Source: a virus (Duplodnaviria > Caudoviricetes). From it: a stretch of 36,455 nt of DNA. The translations under genes were made by a program, and so were the position numbers. The notes beneath the pieces were generated by a model that did not search any database, was not told the origin of the DNA, and saw nothing but the letters and a program-made list of their open reading frames with translations. Positions within the stretch are counted from its first letter, which is position 1, and the number at the start of each line of letters is the position of its first letter. The stretch is taken from positions 1 through 36,455 of the IMG/VR virus record IMGVR_UViG_3300027975_000009, one strand, 5' to 3'. Positions 16,202-24,018 of this stretch are shown one piece after another.

Positions 16202-18222
16202 TTCTGCAAGTTCGCGCAACTCCCGATAAGGAAGAACGCGATAAAAAGAAAAAATCAGCACCGCTAGTCACCATATCGGGGCAATTCACTGACCGAAAGG
16301 ACGAGGCTCTCACAGCACACTCTGGATTCATTGCCATCGACATTGACAACATCGACAATCCTGAAGAGACCAAGAAGCTCATTCAAGGCGATAGCTACAT
16401 CTATGCTGCGTTTACTTCCATAAGTGGACATGGACTATGCTTGATAGTGCGAATCGATGGCACACGCCACGCAGATGCGTTTAATGGCATAGCATCGTAT
16501 TTGTACCATACCTACCAGCTAATCGTTGACCAGTCCGGCAAGAACGTCTCACGCGCTCGCTTCATCTCCTACGACCCTTGGATTCACATAAACACAAAGG
16601 CAATATTATTCAAGAAGTACCTTGCCAAACCTAAAGAGCGCAAGCTCGCAAAGGTAGCAGTCATCAAAACTGACTTCGATGCCATGATCGCTGAGATGGA
16701 CCGCAAAGGGCTTAATCTCTGCGAAGACTATTCCGAGTGGATTCAAATCGCCTACGCATTGGTGTCTGAGTTCGGTGAAGGTGGTCGTGACTACTTTCAT
16801 ACGCTATCATCGCACTCAAGCAAGTACAACTCCGATGACTGCAATTCGCAGTACACTGCATGCCTGAAGAATCACAGCGAGAGCAAGGGCAAGCGGTCCA
16901 CAATTGCCACAATATACTACCACGCCAAGCAGAACGGAATACAGGCATACTCAGAGCAGACCAAGGAAATCCTGCGCGCTGCGAGCTCGCAACGTGCCGC
17001 TGGACTTTCACCCGAAGCCATCGTGAAAAGCCTCGAAGTGGCTGGCATCAGCCCAGAGGAAAGCGCGAAAGTTGTCAATGAGATAGTAGCAAAGGATATT
17101 AAATTCAAATCGGAGAACGTATCCGCTGATATTGCGGCATTTATAAAGACTTTCGACCTGCGAAAAAACATCGTTACGCGCAATGTGGAACTGAACGGAA
17201 GGCCCATCGATGACAGTGACATCAACTCCATTTTTCTTGATTGCAAAGCCGTATTCAAAGAGGCCACAAAAGACCTGATTACTTCCATCATTTTCTCGAA
17301 TCGTGTTGAGACATACAACCCATTGCATGAGTTCTTCGAGGAAGATTTGCACATCGCTGATGACTACCCGAATGTTGACATGCTAATCAACAGCGTAATC
17401 TCTGACACGCCAAACTATGACAAGTGGATAGGTAAGTGGCTGGTGTCCGTAGTCGCTTCCGCATACGGTCAACACTCACCTCTTGTGCTTATATTCTCAG
17501 GTGAGAAGCAAGGAACTGGAAAGACACATTGGTTCCGCTATCTGCTACCCAAACAGCTGAGGTACATGTTTGCTGAGTCTAAGATGGATGCAGGAAAGGA
17601 TGACGAGATTCTCATGTGCAAAAAATGGATTATTCTCGATGACGAGTACGGCGGTAAGTCCAAGAAGGAAGAGAAGCGGCTAAAGGAGCTAACCTCGAAA
17701 GAGTTCATAAACGTGCGTGAGCCATATGGCCGCGTGTCAGTTGACCTTCGCCGCTTGGCCGTGTTCTGTGGTACATCGAACGAAACGCAGATACTCAACG
17801 ATCCGACTGGGAACCGTAGGCAGCTGCCGATTCACATTATCGATATTGATCAGGAGATGTATAACAAAGTCGATAAGGTTGAGCTATGGCGTGAACTGTA
17901 TGCACTGTACCGGATTGGATACGACTTCACCATATTGCGCGATGATATCGATTCGCTTAATGAGTCAACGCTGACATTCAAGCACTCGACTCCAGAAGAG
18001 GACCTCATCCACAAGAAGCTGATGCCTGGAAGCGCAACATCATTCGGTGAGTGGTTATCGCTTACCGAGATACAACAGTGCCTGCTTGTTGAAACGAAAC
18101 TTAACTTCCTGAATCTGCAACGTATCGGCTCGATTCTCACCGCATTAGGCTATGAGAAAGACCGCAAGCGAAAGGGTTCTTCAATCGTCACAATGTACTA
18201 TGTCAGCCGGAATCCGATGTAA
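16099..18222 (+). CDS. Primase-helicase (BT4734/VirE-N-like + PriCT-2 + VirE/VapE P-loop)
   Basis: HSGFIAIDID, SISGHG, YSEWIQIAYAL, Walker A GEKQGTGKT, ILDDE, GTSN, DPTGNRR. Confidence 0.9.
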   Translation: MLISHYNSIYTKQADDVELTSFLEGVRTGKWQDIVLQVRATPDKEERDKKKKSAPLVTISGQFTDRKDEALTAHSGFIAIDIDNIDNPEETKKLIQGDSYIYAAFTSISGHGLCLIVRIDGTRHADAFNGIASYLYHTYQLIVDQSGKNVSRARFISYDPWIHINTKAILFKKYLAKPKERKLAKVAVIKTDFDAMIAEMDRKGLNLCEDYSEWIQIAYALVSEFGEGGRDYFHTLSSHSSKYNSDDCNSQYTACLKNHSESKGKRSTIATIYYHAKQNGIQAYSEQTKEILRAASSQRAAGLSPEAIVKSLEVAGISPEESAKVVNEIVAKDIKFKSENVSADIAAFIKTFDLRKNIVTRNVELNGRPIDDSDINSIFLDCKAVFKEATKDLITSIIFSNRVETYNPLHEFFEEDLHIADDYPNVDMLINSVISDTPNYDKWIGKWLVSVVASAYGQHSPLVLIFSGEKQGTGKTHWFRYLLPKQLRYMFAESKMDAGKDDEILMCKKWIILDDEYGGKSKKEEKRLKELTSKEFINVREPYGRVSVDLRRLAVFCGTSNETQILNDPTGNRRQLPIHIIDIDQEMYNKVDKVELWRELYALYRIGYDFTILRDDIDSLNESTLTFKHSTPEEDLIHKKLMPGSATSFGEWLSLTEIQQCLLVETKLNFLNLQRIGSILTALGYEKDRKRKGSSIVTMYYVSRNPM

Positions 18223-18223
18223 T

Positions 18224-18512
18224 TTGTTGCAGCTTGTTGCAGCTTGTTGCAGCTTTGTAAAAAGTAAGTTGCAACACCTTACGCCTACTCTCGTGCAGCT
18301 TTCAGAGATTTGTTGCAACTTACAACTTACTTTTTATTAAATAACAACATATATACACACACACACACATGCACACACACACACACACATGTATATATAG
18401 GGGCACTTTTTTGTTGCAAGCTGCAACAAATGGCTGCGCGCTTAGATGCTCTAAGCATACAGACGATTTTTGCCCTTGTTTTGACTGTTGCACCATCACT
18501 AAGCTGCAACAA
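18224..18512. repeat. Repeat-rich intergenic region, putative replication origin
   Basis: (TTGTTGCAGC)x3 at 18224-18253, further direct and inverted TGTTGCA copies, AT-rich patch and (CA)n tract, directly after the primase-helicase. Confidence 0.7.
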
Positions 18513-18514
18513 TT

Positions 18515-18841
18515 ATGAGCGAAGTAAAAGCCCAAGCGAAGGCATTCACAAATCTCTGGAATGCGCGCCCCGACTTACGTGGAAGAGTTTTTGCCATCAA
18601 CAATAACAGCATGAACGGCATCAAGGGAGCAATGAACAAAGCGATGGGAGTTGTGCCTGGAGTTGCCGACATGTGCTTCCTCAAGCCTGAAGGCAGAACA
18701 TGCTGGATCGAATGGAAGACAGACACCGGCAAGCAGTCACCATTGCAGATCAGGTTCCAACAGCTCTGCCTATCTTTGGGCCATGAGTATCACATCGTGC
18801 GAAATGAAGAAGAATTCTTGAAGGTTATAAATGGCGCATAA
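18515..18841 (+). CDS. VRR-NUC domain nuclease
   Basis: MSE...Q, GVVPGVADM, WIEWKTDTGKQSPLQ motifs. Confidence 0.9.
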   Translation: MSEVKAQAKAFTNLWNARPDLRGRVFAINNNSMNGIKGAMNKAMGVVPGVADMCFLKPEGRTCWIEWKTDTGKQSPLQIRFQQLCLSLGHEYHIVRNEEEFLKVINGA

Positions 18842-19216
18842 CGTTTTGCAGCTAAACGCTGTTGGCGATTTTAAAGACAAAAGTTTGATTAACCAAAAAT
18901 GTTAAATATGAAAATAGAAATTTTGATTACCCACGAACCCGCCAATAGCGATTTAGGTGCTGTTAGCGGTGAGTTTAAACCCGCCTACGAATATGTTATT
19001 AAAAACATTAAGCAGGGGGATGGAGATTTTAGGAGCAAAATACTTTATGCCACAGTTGAACGAATTGGCGAAGGGATGGTATGCTCTGCAACGGTAGATT
19101 TTATATTGAGAACGTATTATGGGCGAAGGGATGAAGTTGATAACTACGAGGAAGTGTTAGGAATGTTTTTAGATTTTTACGATAAGCTCATTAGGCGGGT
19201 TTAAATGACCGCTAAC
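18836..19216 (+). mobile_element. Integron-cassette-like unit (attC-like hairpin plus one gene bounded by inverted repeats)
   Basis: GCATAAC...GTTAGCG imperfect hairpin 18836-18968; inverted repeat 18962-18986 / 19193-19216. Confidence 0.55.
18908..19204 (+). CDS. Hypothetical cassette-borne protein (AT-rich)
   Basis: Starts inside the attC-like element (18899 or 18908) and stops inside the right inverted repeat. Confidence 0.6.
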   Translation: MKIEILITHEPANSDLGAVSGEFKPAYEYVIKNIKQGDGDFRSKILYATVERIGEGMVCSATVDFILRTYYGRRDEVDNYEEVLGMFLDFYDKLIRRV

Positions 19217-19248
19217 TCTCCGATAGCCGCTATAAATTTTCGCATTAT

Positions 19249-19485
19249 ATGAGCACATACGCCAAGATCATCCAGTACATGACCGAGAAGCTTCCAGAGG
19301 AGTGCACGCTTGTGGATGGGCCGACAACTTACACCTCAACGCAGCAGGCGCATCAGTCTCTTGCGAGGTATCTGACAACAGCGAAGCCTGGCACATCAGT
19401 GCATCGAACGTATGCGGTGAAGGCATTCAACTGGCTGAAGCTTCTGCACAAGAATAATATTAATTTGCAAAACACAAACAAATAA
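19249..19485 (+). CDS. Hypothetical protein
   Basis: ORF track; codon style matches the core genome. Confidence 0.6.
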   Translation: MSTYAKIIQYMTEKLPEECTLVDGPTTYTSTQQAHQSLARYLTTAKPGTSVHRTYAVKAFNWLKLLHKNNINLQNTNK

Positions 19486-19486
19486 A

Positions 19487-19494
19487 TACATTTG
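19487..19494 (+). promoter_or_regulatory. -7 promoter box TACATTTG
   Basis: TAnnTTTG, then 4 nt, then ATG 19499. Confidence 0.65.
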
Positions 19495-19498
19495 CATC

Positions 19499-19693
19499 AT
19501 GAACACACACAAACGAGGTCGAGGCGGTAGGCGATCAGGAGCTGGGCGCAAGCCGATGTACGGCGAAAGCATGGCAACGATATCCTTCCGCGTTCCGGCA
19601 TCAGCAAAAGAAACTATTCGCCAGATGGTCCGCAATTATCTTTCGGGTTTGACAATCGAGCGCAAGCAACATGAGCCCGAAGACGGTTGCTAA
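19499..19693 (+). CDS. Small DNA-binding protein (RGGRRSGAGRK + ribbon-helix-helix-like)
   Basis: GGxRxGAGRK motif followed by TISFRVP beta-ribbon and a helix. Confidence 0.7.
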   Translation: MNTHKRGRGGRRSGAGRKPMYGESMATISFRVPASAKETIRQMVRNYLSGLTIERKQHEPEDGC

Positions 19694-19737
19694 ACTTTGG
19701 CATGATAAATGCAATACACAATCAAAACACACACACT

Positions 19738-19953
19738 ATGACACGAGCAGAATTAAAAAAATTAAACATCAAGCACTTCGGTTTTGATTTGTTTATGGTT
19801 AATCACCCAAACTATTCAAAGTGGGCCGATGAATTCCTAATGCTTAACCCAGATCCGGTTGAAGAAACGGAAGAACAGTATGAGTCAAATGAGAAAGACT
19901 ACTACACTCTCGGCTGCGATAAATACCATGCTTGGAAAGATGACCAGCTATAA
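19738..19953 (+). CDS. Hypothetical protein
   Basis: ATG after an A/C-rich leader; start uncertain (19702 or 19738). Confidence 0.55.
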   Translation: MTRAELKKLNIKHFGFDLFMVNHPNYSKWADEFLMLNPDPVEETEEQYESNEKDYYTLGCDKYHAWKDDQL

Positions 19954-20338
19954 CCACAAACAATGCACACGCCGGCTCAGAGCTGGCGTGTTTGTCGATT
20001 CGTCATACATGGGATCGCATTGCTACTTTGGATATTTAACGCACCCTGCACTTGAATTCGATGTTGCGGTTGCCTTAAATGTTGACGAGGTGCAAAGATT
20101 TGGCAACTTCAATAAATTAATCCTGAGCAAAGAGGGCGATGTGAAATATCGATTTGGCATACTTACACCAACGCAAGACAAGGCGAAGGTTGAAGGCTAC
20201 ACAGTGAAGGCGTTTATTGATGGTAAGATACGCCACTTGTTCATCTATCAATCGCAATTAGATGAGATGATCTACAAGGGCCACGCGATTAATGTAACAC
20301 AAGAAAGCTTGTTTTTCGAAAATTTAGTAAATTTGTAA
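19940..20338 (+). CDS. Hypothetical protein
   Basis: ORF track frame; start uncertain (19928 or 19940). Confidence 0.6.
   Translation: MTSYNHKQCTRRLRAGVFVDSSYMGSHCYFGYLTHPALEFDVAVALNVDEVQRFGNFNKLILSKEGDVKYRFGILTPTQDKAKVEGYTVKAFIDGKIRHLFIYQSQLDEMIYKGHAINVTQESLFFENLVNL
20328..20335 (+). promoter_or_regulatory. -7 promoter box TAAATTTG (start of packaging/tail operon)
   Basis: TAnnTTTG, then 4 nt, then ATG 20340. Confidence 0.65.
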
Positions 20339-20339
20339 C

Positions 20340-20483
20340 ATGCCACTATTCCAAGGAGACAGCCAAGAGATAATCAGCATGAACATCCGCAAGCTAATAA
20401 GCGAGGGATATTCGTCTCAGCAAGCTGCGGCAATCGCACTTGCAGAGGCTGAGAAATTCCGTAAAGCACGCAGCAACCGATGA
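20340..20483 (+). CDS. Small phage protein (47 aa, MPLFQGDSQEIISMNIRKLISEGYSSQQAAAIAL...)
   Basis: Manual translation; resembles the widespread MPLxxGxS..IS.NI...QAVAIA phage peptides; ATGA-coupled to the next gene. Confidence 0.75.
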   Translation: MPLFQGDSQEIISMNIRKLISEGYSSQQAAAIALAEAEKFRKARSNR

Positions 20484-20791
20484 GAGTATCTTTCGACATC
20501 GATGGAGTGCTGGACACCTTAGCAGGGCAAGATATCGCAATTCGTGCCATAAATAAGGGCGATGATGTTTTTATCATCACAGCCCGAAATGAAGGCCGTG
20601 CTTCTGCTGAGGTGTTTGCGATCGCTACGAAACTTGGAATCCCTCGCTTGCGTATTTATTTCACCAACGGAGCAGACAAGTGGGGACTTGTTGACCGATT
20701 GGAAATCGATTTGCATTACGACAACAGCCGAGAGCAGGTCGACAAAATTGAGCAATACACTGATGCACAGGCTGTGCTGTTCACGAGTTGA
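20480..20791 (+). CDS. Minimal HAD-superfamily phosphatase-like protein
   Basis: Motif I SFDIDGVL, motif II IITAR, a Lys, and motif IV HYDN. Confidence 0.8.
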   Translation: MRVSFDIDGVLDTLAGQDIAIRAINKGDDVFIITARNEGRASAEVFAIATKLGIPRLRIYFTNGADKWGLVDRLEIDLHYDNSREQVDKIEQYTDAQAVLFTS

Positions 20792-20812
20792 AACAGGGAT
20801 AATTCAGGGAAT

Positions 20813-21124
20813 ATGCCAAAGGGAATACCACCAGAGCACAGTAAGTTCAAGAAGGGCGAAAGCGGCAATCCTAACGGCCGTCCAAAGAAGCTGCCTGACT
20901 TGCATGTCTTGCTGGCCAACGTGCTTGGCAAGGAGAACAAGGACGGGCTGACGGCTGCCGAGGAAATCCTGCTGGCACTTCATGCGAAGGCAAAGAAGGG
21001 TGACACCAGAGCAGCCGAGCTGCTGCTTGACCGAGGCTATGGCAAGCCTAAGCAGACCAGCGAGACCACGCTCAAGACTACTGAGCCGCTTGTGATAATC
21101 AAGACAAAAGACAGCGATGATTAA
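20813..21124 (+). CDS. Terminase small subunit (putative)
   Basis: FKKGESGNPNGRPK and LLDRGYGKPKQ motifs; upstream of TerL. Confidence 0.75.
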   Translation: MPKGIPPEHSKFKKGESGNPNGRPKKLPDLHVLLANVLGKENKDGLTAAEEILLALHAKAKKGDTRAAELLLDRGYGKPKQTSETTLKTTEPLVIIKTKDSDD

Positions 21125-21254
21125 GGGCGCAGTGATAACTATTGCCGCCTTGCTGCTATGTGCGGCCTTTGGCTGGTTCATCATCCTTGCGGTGCAGTCA
21201 TTCATGAAAGACCATCAAAATGATGATGACGATCACTTATGGCCTTCAGTTTAA
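21117..21254 (+). CDS. Small membrane protein (45 aa)
   Basis: MIKGAVITIAALLLCAAFGWFIILAVQSF...DDDD; overlaps both neighbours. Confidence 0.5.
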   Translation: MIKGAVITIAALLLCAAFGWFIILAVQSFMKDHQNDDDDHLWPSV

Positions 21255-22516
21255 CCAAGAGGCAGACCAAAGCATTTAACCAGGCAACGGCAGGCACGCA
21301 TCGTGTGGTAGTGTTTGGTGGCGCGATTCGCGGTGGTAAGACGTATTGGTTGCTGCTGACTCTCAGCTATCTTGCATTGGAATATCCGAGAAGCCGCTGG
21401 GTGATTATTCGCAGGAGCCTGCCGGATCTCAAGCGCACAACCTTTCCCAGCTTCAGCGCGATTCTAGATGACGGCATCAATCAGTACGTTCAAAGTTGGA
21501 ACAGGGACACGCAAGTCGTGACGTTCATCAATGGCTCTGAGCTGCTGTTCATGGCTGAGAGCTATGACGATGACAAGGACCTCAACCGCTTCAAAGGGCT
21601 TGAGGTGAATGGTGCAGGCTTGGATGAGGTGAATGAATTGCAGGAGCAGACGTTCTACAAAGTGCAGGAGCGCATTGGCTCATGGAACAAGGCTGAAGGC
21701 AGACCTCCGATTGTCTGCATGGCAACGTGCAACCCAGCGAACAACTGGGTGAAGTCAATCATCTATGAGCGATATAAGGACGGTACATTGCCGGAGCGTT
21801 GGAGCTTCATACCGAGCAAGATCACTGACAACCCTCACATTCCTGCTGAGTACTTGGAGAGCCTGAAGGAGCTTCCTCCTGTGCAATACGCCCGATTCGT
21901 GGAGGGGGATTGGGATGTGATGGACGATGTGGCTAATCCGTTCTTGTATGAGTGGGCTGATGAGAAGCACATCGATGACAGCGTGCAGCTGAATCGCAAT
22001 GTGCCGGTGCATGTGTCTGTGGACTTCAACATCAATCCACTTTGCGCATTGGTCATCCAGCATGTTGGCAGGGGCGCGGTGGTGGTGGATGAGATAAAGA
22101 TTGAGAAGGGCAGCGTGGATGCGTTCTGCGATGCGGTGCTTGCGCTTGGCGTGCCGATGGGCCTCATCAGGATCACGGGTGATGCGATGGGCAAGGGCGG
22201 CACAGTGCAGCAGCGTGACAACTCCAGCGCATATACGCAGATCAAGCGGAGGCTCGGCATGAGTGACAGCCAGTTCTTGATTCCGGCTAATCCAACGCAC
22301 TACAACAGCCGCATCGATTGCAATGCTGCACTGCGCAAGTTGGATATTCGCGTGAACAGTAAGCGGTGCAAGGGATTCGTGTTCGATGCGAAGCAAGTGC
22401 AGTGCGATGCGAATGGAAGCATCATCAAGACCAACAGGAAAAATATTGCGGAGCGTGCTGACTTTTTAGATTGTTTTCGTTACTTTGTGAACGCAATCCT
22501 AAAGCGATACTTATGA
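21239..22516 (+). CDS. terL: Terminase large subunit
   Basis: Walker A GGAIRGGKT, Walker B AGLDE, TCNP, DNPH, nuclease VSVDFN and DCFRY. Confidence 0.95.
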   Translation: MAFSLTKRQTKAFNQATAGTHRVVVFGGAIRGGKTYWLLLTLSYLALEYPRSRWVIIRRSLPDLKRTTFPSFSAILDDGINQYVQSWNRDTQVVTFINGSELLFMAESYDDDKDLNRFKGLEVNGAGLDEVNELQEQTFYKVQERIGSWNKAEGRPPIVCMATCNPANNWVKSIIYERYKDGTLPERWSFIPSKITDNPHIPAEYLESLKELPPVQYARFVEGDWDVMDDVANPFLYEWADEKHIDDSVQLNRNVPVHVSVDFNINPLCALVIQHVGRGAVVVDEIKIEKGSVDAFCDAVLALGVPMGLIRITGDAMGKGGTVQQRDNSSAYTQIKRRLGMSDSQFLIPANPTHYNSRIDCNAALRKLDIRVNSKRCKGFVFDAKQVQCDANGSIIKTNRKNIAERADFLDCFRYFVNAILKRYL

Positions 22517-22854
22517 GCGTATGTTCTCCTTGCTTTGATTCCGGCATCAGCGTGGCAGCTTGCAATGCTGGCATTGCCTTCGGTGTTGTGCCGGCCGAGT
22601 CAAACTACGTTGTCAGAATCACGCACAATGCAACTAAGAAGGTGCAGCAGTTCAATGTCGCATCTGATGTCGATGGCATCATCACAATCATTGGCGCGAA
22701 AATCGATGCGATGCAAGGCTACACCATCGCGTTGCAAGGATGCGAGAAGTTCACAATTTGCGAGGTTGAGTATGATTGCATCAGCTTCAGCGTGGTGAAC
22801 ATGGATGTTGATGAACCTGAAACGATAAACCTACTCGAATGCGTAAGCTGCTAA
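22513..22854 (+). CDS. Cys-rich hypothetical protein, probably virion-associated
   Basis: ATGA-coupled to terL; MSVCSPCF...ECVSC. Confidence 0.6.
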   Translation: MSVCSPCFDSGISVAACNAGIAFGVVPAESNYVVRITHNATKKVQQFNVASDVDGIITIIGAKIDAMQGYTIALQGCEKFTICEVEYDCISFSVVNMDVDEPETINLLECVSC

Positions 22855-23057
22855 ACAAACTAAAGAGCATCGCGCACGGCTGGGCGTTGTGGGCGTTTGA
22901 CACTAAGGAGAGCAGAGAGATATCGAAGCCGCGCATGGCCATCTGCAAGGAGTGTCCATACCGGATCAAGCTGACTGACACATGCAGGGAGTGCGGCTGC
23001 TTCTTGCCTGCAAAGACGAGATTGACTGATGAAGCCTGCCCGTTGTTACGCTGGTAA
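22839..23057 (+). CDS. Small Cys-rich metal-binding protein
   Basis: RMAICKECP...CRECGCFLPAKT...CPLLRW. Confidence 0.75.
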   Translation: MRKLLNKLKSIAHGWALWAFDTKESREISKPRMAICKECPYRIKLTDTCRECGCFLPAKTRLTDEACPLLRW

Positions 23058-23058
23058 T

Positions 23059-23313
23059 ATGCTCACGGGATTCATCATTGTCGAGGCATTGCTTGTTGAT
23101 GATGAAATCGACAAGCTGCTCGAGCGTGAGGAAAGGTGGACGGATTTGCTGATTAACACACATGATATAAGCACGGTGCACGAGGATAATGAAGCGGAGC
23201 GTTGCTTCATCACATTCTTGAGCACGGATAAAGAAGTCACAACAAAGAACACACTGGATGAAATTATTCAAAAGATTAGGCGAGCGACTGCGATCAACTT
23301 TTACACGCAGTAA
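23059..23313 (+). CDS. Hypothetical protein
   Basis: ATG 23059 just after the previous stop codon. Confidence 0.6.
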   Translation: MLTGFIIVEALLVDDEIDKLLEREERWTDLLINTHDISTVHEDNEAERCFITFLSTDKEVTTKNTLDEIIQKIRRATAINFYTQ

Positions 23314-23899
23314 GAAAACAAACTACAATCTTGTTGAGGTATTTAAGCACGGCGGCCATAGGTACTATCGTTTCCCGAAAGAATTGAACATGCCGCTTGA
23401 AAGGTTCGCCATGAGCATGACATTGCTTGAGCGATTGAGCAGCGGCTTAAGTGGAAGTGAGATGGACAAGATTCTCAATGAGATGGAGAAGGCACTTGCT
23501 GCCGGACTATCCAATCCCAAGACAGCGGCATTGATGGGCGCATACATTCATGTAATCCGCGAAAGGCAGAACACAGTTATACATCGCGATTTGCTGCTCA
23601 ACATCGCAGCGACTTGGATCATCCGCGAAGATGAGAATCCTGCTGTGGTGAATCCCGATGTGCATCAGCAGAAGCTAACCTTATTCGAAGAGTTGAGCAA
23701 GGGGGCGGCTCACGATTTTTTTTACAGCTTGGGTATCGAGCCTCTGATGCCCTTATTCAATATTTCAGTGGACGAGTTTCAAACGCTTTGGGAGTACAAC
23801 AATCTGGAACTTCGAAAGCTGAACGAGGCGTTACGCCAGCTGAGTTCTCACCGCAAAGCAGGGCTAAAAGGACAGCAGACCGATTCCGCGAGCAAGTGA
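23258..23899 (+). CDS. Tail assembly chaperone (putative)
   Basis: Helical protein upstream of the tape measure gene, with an overlapping open -1 frame. Confidence 0.55.
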   Translation: MKLFKRLGERLRSTFTRSKKTNYNLVEVFKHGGHRYYRFPKELNMPLERFAMSMTLLERLSSGLSGSEMDKILNEMEKALAAGLSNPKTAALMGAYIHVIRERQNTVIHRDLLLNIAATWIIREDENPAVVNPDVHQQKLTLFEELSKGAAHDFFYSLGIEPLMPLFNISVDEFQTLWEYNNLELRKLNEALRQLSSHRKAGLKGQQTDSASK

Positions 23900-24018
23900 T
23901 GGCATTGGCTGGTGGCAGCATCTCTGAGTTCAATGAGTTAATGGCCTCCGATGTTTCAACTTATTTGCTTAAATTTGAGGCAGCAATAAAGGCTCAAAAT
24001 GGCAACAGCAAAGGTTGA
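23716..24018 (+). CDS. Probable -1 frameshift extension of the tail chaperone (gpGT-like)
   Basis: -1 frame is open from ~23635 to 24018; slippery T_TTT_TTT at 23716-23722. Confidence 0.45.
   Translation, partial: FFLQLGYRASDALIQYFSGRVSNALGVQQSGTSKAERGVTPAEFSPQSRAKRTADRFREQVMALAGGSISEFNELMASDVSTYLLKFEAAIKAQNGNSKG

Noticed and set aside
18224-18253. Tandem repeats as a mini CRISPR array
   Set aside because: 10-nt units with no spacers and no cas genes.
18152-18606. ORFs spanning the (CA)n tract (THTH/VCVC peptides)
   Set aside because: Low-complexity translations of the repeat region that overlap real genes.
21755-22396. 213-aa minus-strand ORF, and similar long antisense ORFs such as 15304..15864
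   Set aside because: Fully inside terL or the helicase on the opposite strand, no motifs; expected from codon bias.
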